Shown in pieces: positions 17,580 to 26,948 of a DNA stretch of 64,000 bases (positions are counted from its first letter, which is position 1; each line of letters begins with the position of its first letter). Both the position numbers and the translations under genes were made by a program. Source of the stretch: Eubacteriales bacterium (GTDB lineage: Bacteria > Bacillota > Clostridia > Saccharofermentanales > DTU023); assembly GCA_030537595.1 (NCBI GenBank), contig JAUNVR010000002.1, positions 5,750 through 69,749 on the forward strand. Reading direction: 5' to 3'. Below the pieces are notes generated by a model. It saw only the letters and a list, made by a program, of their open reading frames with translations, was not told where the DNA came from and did not search any database.

Positions 17580-19991
17580 ATGCAGATTTCATATAAGTGG
17601 TTATTAGAACAAGTTCCTTATCAAGGGAGTATTGAAGATTTTTGTGAGACCCTTTCTTTGACCGGGACTAAGGTCGAAGCGGTGGAGGAAGCCTTTGCGG
17701 AAATTTCGGGTGTGGTGGTCGGCCAAATTTTGGCGATTGAAGCCCATCCGAATGCAGATCGCCTAAAGCTCTGTGAGCTCGATCTGGGTGATCAGCGATT
17801 ACAGTTAATCACCGCGGCGACTAATGTGGAAGTTGGTCAGAAGGTTCCGGTAGCGACGGTCGGAGCAAGCTTAGCCGGAGGACTGAAAATTAAACGCAGT
17901 AAGATGCGTGGAATTGAGTCCGCTGGGATGCTCTGTTCGATTGCTGAACTCGCTTTAAGTCCTGCAGATTTTCCGGAGGCTGAGGAGGATGGGATTTTTA
18001 TCTTGCCAGCCGCTGCCCCGCTTGGACAGGATGTCCTAGATTATCTAGATTTACGTGATTATTATATTGAGTTTGAAATCACGCCAAACCGGCCAGACTG
18101 CCTATCCCTCGCTGGTTTAGCGCGTGAAGCCGCGGTCAGTTTTAAGCTCGACTTAAAAGCAGAAGATTATAGCTTGGATAAGGTCCTCAGCCCAGGGGCT
18201 AAGGACAGTGCAAGTGAGCTAGAAATCAAGCTAGAGGACAGTAGTGATTGTCCACGCTATTCGGGCTGGATTATTGACGATGTTAAAATCGAAGCTTCTC
18301 CTGCCTGGATGCGGAAACGGCTGCGGGCTAGTGGTATTAGGCCAATTAATAATCTGGTTGATATTACCAACTATGTAATGTTGACTTGTGGCAATCCTTT
18401 GCACGCCTTTGATTACTCAATAATTGAGGGCGGAGAGGTCAATGTGCGTCGAGCTAGGCCTGGGGAAAAGATTAGAACTTTGGACGGGGTCGAGCGCCAG
18501 TTGAGTCCGGAGGAATTAATTATTGCGGATAGTAAAAAACCGCTAGCTGTGGCCGGTGTCATGGGTGGCGAGGAGAGCGAAATTACCGCAGATACTAAGA
18601 CTGTATTTTTGGAAGTGGCAAGCTTTAAGCCTGAACTGGTGCGGAAGGCTTCGCGCAAGCTAGATCTGCGCTCAGACTCATCCTTGCGCTTCGAGCGTGG
18701 GGTTGATCCACAGGCCTTGATTAAGGCCAGAAACCTTGCCTTAAAGCTAATTGTCGAACTGGGTGCGGGTAAGCCGCGGGCTGCAGGTATTCTAGTGGGC
18801 GAAGATTTCCCGCCGAGACGTGAGATTGACTTCGAGCCAGAGGCAATCAATGCGATTCTCGGCCTCGAAGTCGACGAGTCAAAGATGTTAGATATTCTCG
18901 AGCGTTTAGGCTTTGAGATTGTTGCGGAGCTGGGACAGCGCTCGTTAAAGGTGCCAAGTTGGCGCGCTGATGTCGAGGCTGCTGCAGATTTGGCCGAAGA
19001 GGTCGCGCGTTTTGTCGGCTACAATAGCATTACCCCGAGACTTAATTCTGGTCGGGTCAAAGCAGCTGTCAGAAAGAGCCTAGCACAGCAAAGAGAGGCC
19101 GTTATCCGTGAGATTGTACTTGCTGCCGGGGCTTTTGAGGCGATGTCCTCACCCTTTGCCTCAGCTCAAGACTTCGCTGACTTAAATTTGGGCGAAGAAG
19201 CCTTGGCTCAAGCGGTGAAAATTATTAATCCCTTGGGCAAGGAGCGGGAATACTTAGCCCAGAGCATGTTGCCGCGTCTTTTAGAGCATCTTGAAGTCAA
19301 CCAAAGAGAAAAGGAAGCTGAAATCTTCTTTTTTGAACTGGCGCGTAGCTTTAAGTCTGAGGATCAGACTAGAGGACTTCCTTTAGAAGAGAAAACTCTA
19401 AGCCTGATACTTTATCGTGAAGCTGAAAAGGGTAGCGAGACTTTCTTCTTCTTAAAGGGAATTTTAGAGCAGATTGAAGCTGCTATGCACTGTTCTGAAT
19501 GGACTTATAGCCCTGTTGAAAAGCCGTATTATCAGCCGGGTCAGGCTGCTGAAATCAGGGTCAAGGGTGAATTATTAGGCAGTTTAGCTAGGGTGCATCC
19601 GGAGCTTTTAGAAAAGAAAGATGTTAAAGGTCCTGTGCTCTTTGCGGAGTTGAATCTGAGCCGAATTTTCGAGCTTGAGGAGCAGGAATTTAAATTTGTG
19701 AAACCATCACGTTTCCCTGCCTCTGAGCGAGATTTAGCTATCGTAGCTCCCCGTTCTTTCCCTGCGGTTGAAATATTAAAGCTAATCAAAGAGCATGGAG
19801 GCCAGGAATTAAGCGAGGTCGAGCTCTTTGACCATTATGAAGGTGAACGCATCGAAAAGGGTCTAAAATCACTAGCCTACAGTCTGTCTTTCCGCTCTAA
19901 ATCAGCCACGATGAAGGATTCAGATATTGATCGGAGAATTGCAAAGATCGTTGAGGCCCTAGAAGCTAAGGGCTTACACCTAAGAGAGTAG
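17580..19991 (+). CDS. pheT: Phenylalanyl-tRNA synthetase beta subunit
   Basis: 803 aa. N-terminal tRNA-binding OB domain (HPNADRLKLCELD), B3/4 and B5 regions, and a C-terminal FDX-ACB-like domain. It sits immediately after pheS. Confidence 0.95.
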   Translation: MQISYKWLLEQVPYQGSIEDFCETLSLTGTKVEAVEEAFAEISGVVVGQILAIEAHPNADRLKLCELDLGDQRLQLITAATNVEVGQKVPVATVGASLAGGLKIKRSKMRGIESAGMLCSIAELALSPADFPEAEEDGIFILPAAAPLGQDVLDYLDLRDYYIEFEITPNRPDCLSLAGLAREAAVSFKLDLKAEDYSLDKVLSPGAKDSASELEIKLEDSSDCPRYSGWIIDDVKIEASPAWMRKRLRASGIRPINNLVDITNYVMLTCGNPLHAFDYSIIEGGEVNVRRARPGEKIRTLDGVERQLSPEELIIADSKKPLAVAGVMGGEESEITADTKTVFLEVASFKPELVRKASRKLDLRSDSSLRFERGVDPQALIKARNLALKLIVELGAGKPRAAGILVGEDFPPRREIDFEPEAINAILGLEVDESKMLDILERLGFEIVAELGQRSLKVPSWRADVEAAADLAEEVARFVGYNSITPRLNSGRVKAAVRKSLAQQREAVIREIVLAAGAFEAMSSPFASAQDFADLNLGEEALAQAVKIINPLGKEREYLAQSMLPRLLEHLEVNQREKEAEIFFFELARSFKSEDQTRGLPLEEKTLSLILYREAEKGSETFFFLKGILEQIEAAMHCSEWTYSPVEKPYYQPGQAAEIRVKGELLGSLARVHPELLEKKDVKGPVLFAELNLSRIFELEEQEFKFVKPSRFPASERDLAIVAPRSFPAVEILKLIKEHGGQELSEVELFDHYEGERIEKGLKSLAYSLSFRSKSATMKDSDIDRRIAKIVEALEAKGLHLRE

Positions 19992-20054
19992 ATTTATTTG
20001 ACGGATTATTGACGAGCTTTAACGCCTTTAGTCGTAGAGAATTAAACAGAAAAC

Positions 20055-20112
20055 AGTCCTCAGCTGGAAGAATAGATTTATCAAAGTAAATCAGAAAGCT
20101 GAGGACTTTTTA
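20055..20112 (+). terminator. pheT terminator hairpin that also contains the SD of the next ORF
   Basis: An 11-bp outer stem agtcctcagct/agctgaggact (20055-65 and 20097-107), an inner 6-bp stem gattta/taaatc, then T5. GAGGA (20101-05) lies inside the 3' arm, 8 nt before the ATG at 20114. Confidence 0.7.
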
Positions 20113-20113
20113 T

Positions 20114-20401
20114 ATGCAATTTACCCTTGAAACTGCTTTGACAGTACCTTTGACATTGTTGCTGATAGTTTCATGTCTAGTCTACATCCTGCCCTTAGAT
20201 CAGGAGCAGCGAGAGCAGAGCTTGCAAATTGCTGAATGCCTAGTTCTAGCCCAGCAAGCAGATCAGCTTTATGAGCGTAGCTTTAGTCCAAAGGGGCTAG
20301 TCTATGTCGGATCATCAGCCCAACGCACAGTCGAATTTATGACGCTATTTTTAGACTTAAAAGCCTTCCTAAAAGATGGCCTAGATCTTTTTGGGGGTTA
20401 A
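20114..20401 (+). CDS. Small TadE-like membrane-anchored protein
   Basis: 95 aa. The N-terminus MQFTLETALTVPLTLLLIVSCLVYIL resembles the TadE signature (vEfAl.lP.ll.l hydrophobic helix). Confidence 0.45.
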   Translation: MQFTLETALTVPLTLLLIVSCLVYILPLDQEQREQSLQIAECLVLAQQADQLYERSFSPKGLVYVGSSAQRTVEFMTLFLDLKAFLKDGLDLFGG

Positions 20402-20405
20402 GTCA

Positions 20406-21845
20406 ATGCTGCGGAATAAATTGTCTGAAAGAATAGCAGCCAGCTCTTTACTTTTAGTCTTAATTGTCCCTGCCTTTTTTACTGCTTTAATTATGGGTCT
20501 AGAATCAGCCAAAATGAGAGTCTCTGAACTAGACTATCTAAGAGCTCAAAAAGCTGCCGCCGACTATGCTCTGACTCATTACGACCGTGATTTATGGGCG
20601 AATTTTAGGCTCTGGGCGGGCCGTGAGGTCAATGACTTAGAGACAGTTCGGAAAATTTTGCCTAAATTGGAGGGCCTAGATTTAGCAGTTTATAGCGAAA
20701 CGGAGGCCTTTTCGGAGGAAGATCTTCGTGCCCAAATTTTAAAGCAGATGAAGGAGCGCTTACCACTTCAGCTTATGAATCAGTTGCGCTTAAGACTGGA
20801 GCGTTTTGGCAGCCATAGTTCCTCGATTAAGGCGATAACGGATTCAGCCTTAGCTGAAAGTTCAGAAGATAGTCTGGAAGAATTGGAGTTTTGGCGAGCT
20901 GAATTGCTTGGCGATGCGGGCAGTCCGGATGAGGGCGGATTAGATGATTTAGAAGATGATCTAGATGAACTAGAAGATGAAAGCGAATCTGAATCCCAGG
21001 CTGAGCGTAGAGCGAAGAAGCTTTTGGCAAAGCTTTTTTCCGAGCTCGATGAGCAGAAACGATATTTACTCAGTAACTATTCTGCAGAGGAGCTTAATGA
21101 GCTACCCCTAGATAGCTTGAAAGGCTTGGCTTTAATTGGCGATATGGCCCAGTCTTATGCTGATTTTACAGCTCAAGTCGGGCTTGAGAAATTGCAGCTG
21201 ATAGAGTATGTTCTAGCATATTTCCCGGCTGCTGTTACTGTGCAAAAAACTAATGAACAGACGCAGGATATCCTGAGACTTGATGGTCTGCCCCATAGTC
21301 AGCTCAAGGCCAAGTATCCGCAAAATTATGCTGAGATGATTTTGACCGGCTTAAGTGATGCCAAGGCCAAGAAACGGGTTGAATACTATATCTTAGCTCT
21401 CAGACTTGGTGCGCACTATGCATCGCTCAACGGACAGCCAGAGAAAAAACAAAAATATTTAACTTACGGAACTTTGATTTCGGGCTTAATATCCATAGTT
21501 TCACTCGGCAATATCGTAGTTCCCCCTGAAGGAATAGCGCAGGTGATTATCTTTGCAAAAGCTGGTCGTGGCGCTCGCAAAGATTTAAAGCAGCTACTAA
21601 AGGGCAGGGCCGTAGCTTTCTGGCCGCAGAAGGATTTGCAGAAATTTGAAATTTATTACCATGACTTTCTACGTTTTTTCTTCTTGGCCAAAAGCGAAAG
21701 CAAGATTCTTGAACAGCTTGCCCTCCAATTAAAGAGCCTTTTCCCCCAAGCTACTGTCGGAGCCTACCGAATTGAAGCAAGCTTTAAAGATTATGCCAAG
21801 TCTCAGTTTATTGTGGACTACCTTGAAAGAAAGGGGAGCGAGTAA
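20406..21845 (+). CDS. TadG/Tad-domain-like large membrane-anchored protein with an acidic low-complexity insert
   Basis: About 480 aa. The N-terminal helix plus ESAKMRVSELDYLRAQKAAADYAL fits the Flp pilus-assembly TadE/G-like (Tad) N-terminal pattern. It carries a D/E run, DEGGLDDLEDDLDELEDESESES. The C-terminal half (AEMILTGLSD...LRLGAHY...YYHDFLRFFFL) recalls the DUF5702-type proteins of Firmicute tad loci; that comparison is from memory and was not searched. Confidence 0.55.
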   Translation: MLRNKLSERIAASSLLLVLIVPAFFTALIMGLESAKMRVSELDYLRAQKAAADYALTHYDRDLWANFRLWAGREVNDLETVRKILPKLEGLDLAVYSETEAFSEEDLRAQILKQMKERLPLQLMNQLRLRLERFGSHSSSIKAITDSALAESSEDSLEELEFWRAELLGDAGSPDEGGLDDLEDDLDELEDESESESQAERRAKKLLAKLFSELDEQKRYLLSNYSAEELNELPLDSLKGLALIGDMAQSYADFTAQVGLEKLQLIEYVLAYFPAAVTVQKTNEQTQDILRLDGLPHSQLKAKYPQNYAEMILTGLSDAKAKKRVEYYILALRLGAHYASLNGQPEKKQKYLTYGTLISGLISIVSLGNIVVPPEGIAQVIIFAKAGRGARKDLKQLLKGRAVAFWPQKDLQKFEIYYHDFLRFFFLAKSESKILEQLALQLKSLFPQATVGAYRIEASFKDYAKSQFIVDYLERKGSE

Positions 21846-22819
21846 TGAGCTGGCTAAAGAAATTAGAGCGCAAGGAGGCGAGTATTGTGCTCGAGCTGGC
21901 CTTGGCGATTCCAATCTTTCTCTTTGCTGCTTATTTTATGATTTCAGCGATCTTGGCTCAGCGCCAGGCCTTAGTTTTACGTCATGCGCTAGAGCAAACG
22001 GCAAATGAGCTAGAGGTCCTCTTACCCTTAGTTGAAGATGGGGCAGCCTTGCTTTTTGGCGAGGCCCAGGTGGCTGAGTTGATTGCCGAAATCTTGCCGG
22101 AGAACCCGGGGCTTTTAGAGTCTGCAGCCTTAGATTTGGCCTCCTCCGAGCTACTGGGCACTTTTTTACAAGCTCGTGTTGACTACTGGGCTCAAGCCAC
22201 AGCGAGTCAACTGCAGCTAAGATTAGCAGAGCATAATCGGCAGATATTACTTAGTTGGAGAGATGGTGGTCAGAGTCTATTAATGACCTTATATTACGAA
22301 TTGACCACGCCCTGGACTAAGCATGAGCAGCGCAGTTCGGCCTATGTTCCACTCTGGCTTAGTACTAGTGCAGAGGGAGGAAGCGAGGATTCTGATTCCG
22401 AGGATAGAGATAATATCTGGTCTGAGAGTAATTTCACAAGAGGGCGCGAATTTCGGGCTGCCTATGGGGCTAATTTGCCCTTTAATACGCCAGTTATAGC
22501 CTACTATGCGGCAGGGCATGCAAAAGCCATCCGCTCATTAGACTTGACGGCGCCAAGTTATCAAGATAAAGCTCAGGCCAGTGAGCAAATCCTGTATGAG
22601 ATTAAACGCTTAGCCAAGTACCAGGGTGGGAAAATACCGGGTGCTAGAGAGCTAAAAGCTGAGCAGATTCAGCGCAGGGAATTACTTTTGATTATTCCTG
22701 AAAATAGTCCAGCAGAATACTCAGAAGAATTTTGGCAAGCCCAGAAAAGTTTGGCGGCCCAGTATGGGGTGGAGCTGAAGCTAGTGCGTGATCAGAATAG
22801 CTATAGATATGCTGATTAG
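21845..22819 (+). CDS. TadE-like N-terminal anchor fused to an uncharacterized C-terminal globular domain
   Basis: 324 aa with a TAATG overlap onto the upstream gene. The N-terminus RKEASIVLELALAIPIFLFAAYFMISAIL matches the TadE pattern. An acidic linker (GGSEDSDSEDRD) follows, then about 135 aa of unknown function. Confidence 0.55.
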   Translation: MSWLKKLERKEASIVLELALAIPIFLFAAYFMISAILAQRQALVLRHALEQTANELEVLLPLVEDGAALLFGEAQVAELIAEILPENPGLLESAALDLASSELLGTFLQARVDYWAQATASQLQLRLAEHNRQILLSWRDGGQSLLMTLYYELTTPWTKHEQRSSAYVPLWLSTSAEGGSEDSDSEDRDNIWSESNFTRGREFRAAYGANLPFNTPVIAYYAAGHAKAIRSLDLTAPSYQDKAQASEQILYEIKRLAKYQGGKIPGARELKAEQIQRRELLLIIPENSPAEYSEEFWQAQKSLAAQYGVELKLVRDQNSYRYAD

Positions 22820-22927
22820 CGGCTAATTGTTACGCCAAAGAGCGAAACTTTGCTCTGGCGCTACTGCATACTGACAAGTGGCCTATTTTTAGCTAAGATT
22901 AGTCAGTGGAAGTGAGGTAAGATTTAT

Positions 22928-25744
22928 ATGGGATTACTGACCAAAATCTTTGGCACACATTCAGAACGTGAAATTAAAAAGATTAGGCCTATAGTCGATC
23001 AGATTTTAGCCTATGAAGACGAGATGAGAGCTCTGAGCGATTCGGAGCTACAGGCAAAAACGCCTGAATTCAAGGAGCGCTTAGAGCGCGGAGAAACAGT
23101 TGATGATATTCTCCCAGAGGCTTTTGCCGTAGTTCGCGAGGCAGGCGACAGAGTTTTAAAGATGCGCCATTTCCCAGTCCAGCTTTTAGGCGGGATTGTG
23201 CTGCATCAAGGCCGTATAGCTGAAATGAAAACCGGTGAGGGCAAGACCCTGGTGGCGACCTTGCCGCTTTATTTAAATGCCTTAGAAGGCAAGGGCTGCC
23301 ACCTGGTTACGGTTAACGACTATTTGGCAACGCGTGACTCTGAGTGGATGGGTAAGATTTTTAAATTCCTCGGCCTCTCGGTTGGTTTGATCGTTCACGG
23401 CAAGACCAAGGCAGAACGACGTGAGGCTTATGCGGCTGATATTACTTATGGTACGAATAATGAATTCGGCTTTGACTATTTGCGCGACAACATGGTTAAC
23501 CGGAAGGAAAATTTAGCGCAGCGGGAATTGAATTTTGCAATTGTAGACGAGGTTGACTCGATTCTGATTGACGAAGCTAGAACTCCCTTGATTATTTCTG
23601 GGCAGGGTGACGCTTCTTCTGACTTATATACCAAGGCGGATCAGTTTGTCCGTAGCTTGCAGCCGCGGAAACTGCGCGAAGTTGAAACTCGCGAACAGCA
23701 AGAGGCGCTGGAGGAAATCCAAGAAGAATGCGATTACATCATTGATGAAAAGAATAAAACATCAATCCTTAGCCGTCGTGGTGTGCGGAAGGCTGAAAAA
23801 TTCTTTGGGATTGAGAATCTCTCGGACCAAGAAAACTACAAGCTAAATCACCATATCAACAATGCCTTGAAGGCCCACGGTACGATGTTCCGGGACACAG
23901 ATTATGTGGTGGCCGATGATGAAGTAATTATTGTTGACGACTTTACTGGTCGCTTGATGCAGGGTCGTCGCTATTCAAATGGCTTACACCAGGCGATTGA
24001 GGCGAAGGAAGGCGTAAAGGTCCAGCGCGAATCGAGAACCTTGGCGACAATCACCTTCCAGAACTACTTCAGAATGTATAAAAAGCTTTCTGGAATGACT
24101 GGTACAGCCTTAACTGAAGAGGATGAATTCAGAGCGATTTACGAGTTGGATTGTATTGAGATACCGACGAATAAGCCGATCGCACGTGAGGATTTGGCCG
24201 ATGCAGTGTTTAAGTCTGAGGCGGGTAAGTATCGGGCCTTAATCGAGCAGGTTAAGGAATTGCATGCCAAGGGGCAGCCCATTCTGGTCGGTACCGTTTC
24301 AGTCGATCGTTCAGAACTTTTGTCCCAGTTATTCAAGCGAGAAGCATTGGTCCACAATGTGCTAAACGCAAAGCACCATGAGCGAGAAGCAGAAATTGTT
24401 GCTCAGGCAGGACGCTTAGGCGCAATCACTATCGCAACCAATATGGCTGGACGTGGTACGGATATTGTGCTGGGTGGTAACCCTGAGCATATGGCTAAGC
24501 AGGAGATGCGCAAGCAAGGTTATTCTGAAGACTTAATTGAACAGGCCAATGCCTTCAACGAAACTAATGATCAGGTAATTTTAGATGCTAGAGCCAAGTT
24601 CAGAGAGCTCGAAGCTGAATTCAAAAAAGAGACAGAAGCAGAAAAGGAAGCTGTAATTGCTGCCGGAGGACTCTGCATTCTGGGTACTGAAAGACACGAG
24701 TCAAGACGAATTGACAATCAGCTGCGCGGGCGTTCCGGCCGTCAAGGTGATGCTGGTGTATCGAAATTCTACCTCTCTCTTGAGGATGATTTAATGCGCC
24801 TCTTTGGTGGCGAAAGAATGCAGAGAATGTTCGAGACTTTAAGGGTCGACGAAGATATGGAAATCCAAAACCCGATGCTGAGCAGAGGTATAGAGTCTGC
24901 GCAGCGGAAGGTTGAGGCGCAAAACTTCGCCATTCGTAAACATGTCTTAGAATATGACAACGTCATGAATCAACAAAGAGACATCGTTTACAAGCAGAGA
25001 AAAGAAGTATTGGCCGGGAAGGATTTACACGACTGGTTCTTGAAGACCATCTATGACTTGGCTCTGTCTGAGTTCTCGGCTGCCTCGGCAGAGGCCGCAG
25101 AATTAGAAGACTGGGATCATCCAGCGCTTAAATTGCGCCTGAATGACCTTTTCGGTGACCTCGATTATATTGACAGCTTATCAACGATGAGAGGCTATAT
25201 TGAGCCTGAAGAACTGGCGCAAGGCTTACTCGAGGCTGCCAAAGAGAGGCTAGTGGAAAGAACTGCAAGCCTGGAAGATCCAGAGTTAGTTAAGGAAATT
25301 GAGCGCTATATCCTCTTGACAACCGTAGACAACCATTGGATGGATCACATTGATGCAATGGATGATTTACGCGATTCGATCGGGATGCGTGGTTATGCTC
25401 AACACGATCCAGTTGTAGAATACCAAAAGGAAGGCTCGGAAATGTTCCTGGCCATGAATGAGGGGATTAAAGAAGACGCGGTACGTCTTCTAATGCGAGC
25501 CCATTTGGCAGTTGAAGAAAGAAAAGAGCGGAGTGAAAGTGGCTTGAAGGCGGTCCACCGGAGTTCGGATAATGCGTTCTCGGGCAGCCCGCAAATGCAA
25601 AGACAAGCTGCGACGCCCCAGCAGAGCACTCCAGTGAGAAGACAGACTATGCCCGGTCGGAATGATCCCTGCTGGTGTGGAAGTGGGAAAAAGTATAAGA
25701 ATTGTCACTTACGCGAGGATGAGCAAAAGCTGCATGAAGAATAG
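22928..25744 (+). CDS. secA: Preprotein translocase ATPase SecA
   Basis: 938 aa. Motifs MKTGEGKTLVA and DEVDSILIDEARTPLIISG, plus the C-terminal zinc motif CWCGSGKKYKNCH. Confidence 0.97.
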   Translation: MGLLTKIFGTHSEREIKKIRPIVDQILAYEDEMRALSDSELQAKTPEFKERLERGETVDDILPEAFAVVREAGDRVLKMRHFPVQLLGGIVLHQGRIAEMKTGEGKTLVATLPLYLNALEGKGCHLVTVNDYLATRDSEWMGKIFKFLGLSVGLIVHGKTKAERREAYAADITYGTNNEFGFDYLRDNMVNRKENLAQRELNFAIVDEVDSILIDEARTPLIISGQGDASSDLYTKADQFVRSLQPRKLREVETREQQEALEEIQEECDYIIDEKNKTSILSRRGVRKAEKFFGIENLSDQENYKLNHHINNALKAHGTMFRDTDYVVADDEVIIVDDFTGRLMQGRRYSNGLHQAIEAKEGVKVQRESRTLATITFQNYFRMYKKLSGMTGTALTEEDEFRAIYELDCIEIPTNKPIAREDLADAVFKSEAGKYRALIEQVKELHAKGQPILVGTVSVDRSELLSQLFKREALVHNVLNAKHHEREAEIVAQAGRLGAITIATNMAGRGTDIVLGGNPEHMAKQEMRKQGYSEDLIEQANAFNETNDQVILDARAKFRELEAEFKKETEAEKEAVIAAGGLCILGTERHESRRIDNQLRGRSGRQGDAGVSKFYLSLEDDLMRLFGGERMQRMFETLRVDEDMEIQNPMLSRGIESAQRKVEAQNFAIRKHVLEYDNVMNQQRDIVYKQRKEVLAGKDLHDWFLKTIYDLALSEFSAASAEAAELEDWDHPALKLRLNDLFGDLDYIDSLSTMRGYIEPEELAQGLLEAAKERLVERTASLEDPELVKEIERYILLTTVDNHWMDHIDAMDDLRDSIGMRGYAQHDPVVEYQKEGSEMFLAMNEGIKEDAVRLLMRAHLAVEERKERSESGLKAVHRSSDNAFSGSPQMQRQAATPQQSTPVRRQTMPGRNDPCWCGSGKKYKNCHLREDEQKLHEE

Positions 25745-25745
25745 C

Positions 25746-25775
25746 AAAATAGCGCCGCTAAAACGGCGCTATTTT
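25746..25775 (+). terminator. Intrinsic terminator after secA
   Basis: aaaatagcgccg / cggcgctatttt forms a 12-bp stem with a 6-nt loop. Confidence 0.75.
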
Positions 25776-25944
25776 ATGCCCTAAAATGTTTAAAATAGGC
25801 TTTAGAAAAAGTTGCTCTGGAATCTGGAAAAGCCCGGGTAACAAAAGACACAAGGCTTTAATTAGGAGGGCAGATGAACTAAGATAAGAGGCAGAAATTC
25901 AAGCGTATATAGATTGTATATGGCGTTAATTCGTAGGAGGAATT

Positions 25945-26463
25945 ATGGACAAGAAACTTTTAGAAATGACTCAGAATCAAATTCAAATGGAGTACTTCTC
26001 AGGCTACTTATATCTTTCAATGGCTGATTGGCTCGAAAGACAAGATTTACCTGGTGCTGCAAATTGGATGTACATCCAATACCAAGAGGAAGTTTTGCAC
26101 GCACAGGGCTTTATTAAGTTCTTACAGCGCTTAGGCCAACCAATCGCCCTGCGCCAAATTGACCAACCACAGCGCGAGTTTGAGAGCCTGGAAGAGGTCT
26201 TTCAGATGGCATTAGACCATGAGAAGGAAGTTTCAGAGTCAATTCGCAATATGGCCAAGCGGGCTAATGAGGCTGATGAGTTTGAAATGCGTGAGTTCCT
26301 GAACTGGTACATTATGGAGCAGGTTGAGGAAGAAGAAAATGCTGAAGAAAACCTAGCCAATGTTCAACTGATTGGGAATAACCCAGCTGGTCTTTATAGC
26401 CTCGACAAGTCCTGGGCTGCTAGATCATTCGAAGCTGAGGACATTCCTTATATCGAAGGCTAA
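25945..26463 (+). CDS. Non-heme ferritin
   Basis: 172 aa four-helix-bundle ferritin pattern: QIQMEYFSGYLYLSM, QEEVLHAQ, ALDHEKEVS. Confidence 0.85.
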   Translation: MDKKLLEMTQNQIQMEYFSGYLYLSMADWLERQDLPGAANWMYIQYQEEVLHAQGFIKFLQRLGQPIALRQIDQPQREFESLEEVFQMALDHEKEVSESIRNMAKRANEADEFEMREFLNWYIMEQVEEEENAEENLANVQLIGNNPAGLYSLDKSWAARSFEAEDIPYIEG

Positions 26464-26487
26464 GCCTTGATTTAGAAATGTATATAA

Positions 26488-26516
26488 AGAAGAGGAGCTG
26501 CGGCTCCTCTTTTTAT
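26488..26516 (+). terminator. Intrinsic terminator after the ferritin gene
   Basis: agaggagc-tgcg-gctcctct followed by TTTTT. Confidence 0.8.
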
Positions 26517-26569
26517 TTCTGTCATTTGTGAGCTAAAAAACTTTCGAAAATGTCGCAAGTTTAAGCAGC

Positions 26570-26599
26570 AAAAAACCTCGGCAATATGAGCTGCCGAGG
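26570..26599 (-). terminator. Intrinsic terminator after tRNA-Thr (minus strand)
   Basis: cctcggca / tgccgagg stem. The A6 at 26570-75 reads as a T-run on the minus strand. Confidence 0.75.
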
Positions 26600-26606
26600 T
26601 TCTGTC

Positions 26607-26681
26607 TGGAGCCGAAGGTGGGAATTGAACCCACGACCTATTCATTACGAGTGAATTGCTCTACCCCTGAGCCACTTCGGC
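26607..26681 (-). tRNA. tRNA-Thr (anticodon CGU)
   Basis: The reverse complement folds as a cloverleaf: acceptor gccgaag/cttcggc, anticodon stem attca/tgaat with loop cuCGUaa, T arm gtggg-ttcaatt-cccac. CCA is encoded. Confidence 0.9.
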
Positions 26682-26948
26682 ATAGTGCAAACAGAATACC
26701 AAGCCGTGCTCGTAGTGTCAATCCTCTACTTTAGTCACGAGCATAAATTTAAAAACTGGCGTTCTGCACCAATATTTTGTTCTAATATCGGCGGATTTGT
26801 TTTGTCAGTAACTTGTAGAAAAGTTAGCAATGACTTATTATAATTCCGATTGAATTAGTGCCTACTAACTCAGGACGTGAGAACTGGCGCCTTAACTAGT
26901 GCTAGATTCGGGGTCGTGGGTTATTAGTATTGGAGACTGGGGATTAAT

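Noticed and set aside
26682-26948. Fur box or riboswitch in the 267-nt region upstream of the FTR1 gene, and in the 25776-25944 region upstream of the ferritin gene.
   Set aside because: Only partial AT-rich similarity was found (aatgacttattataatt carries a 6/7 right half-site ATTATAA but no matching left half). There is no convincing 7-1-7 palindrome and no recognizable riboswitch core. Regulation by iron is plausible but not demonstrable from the sequence alone.
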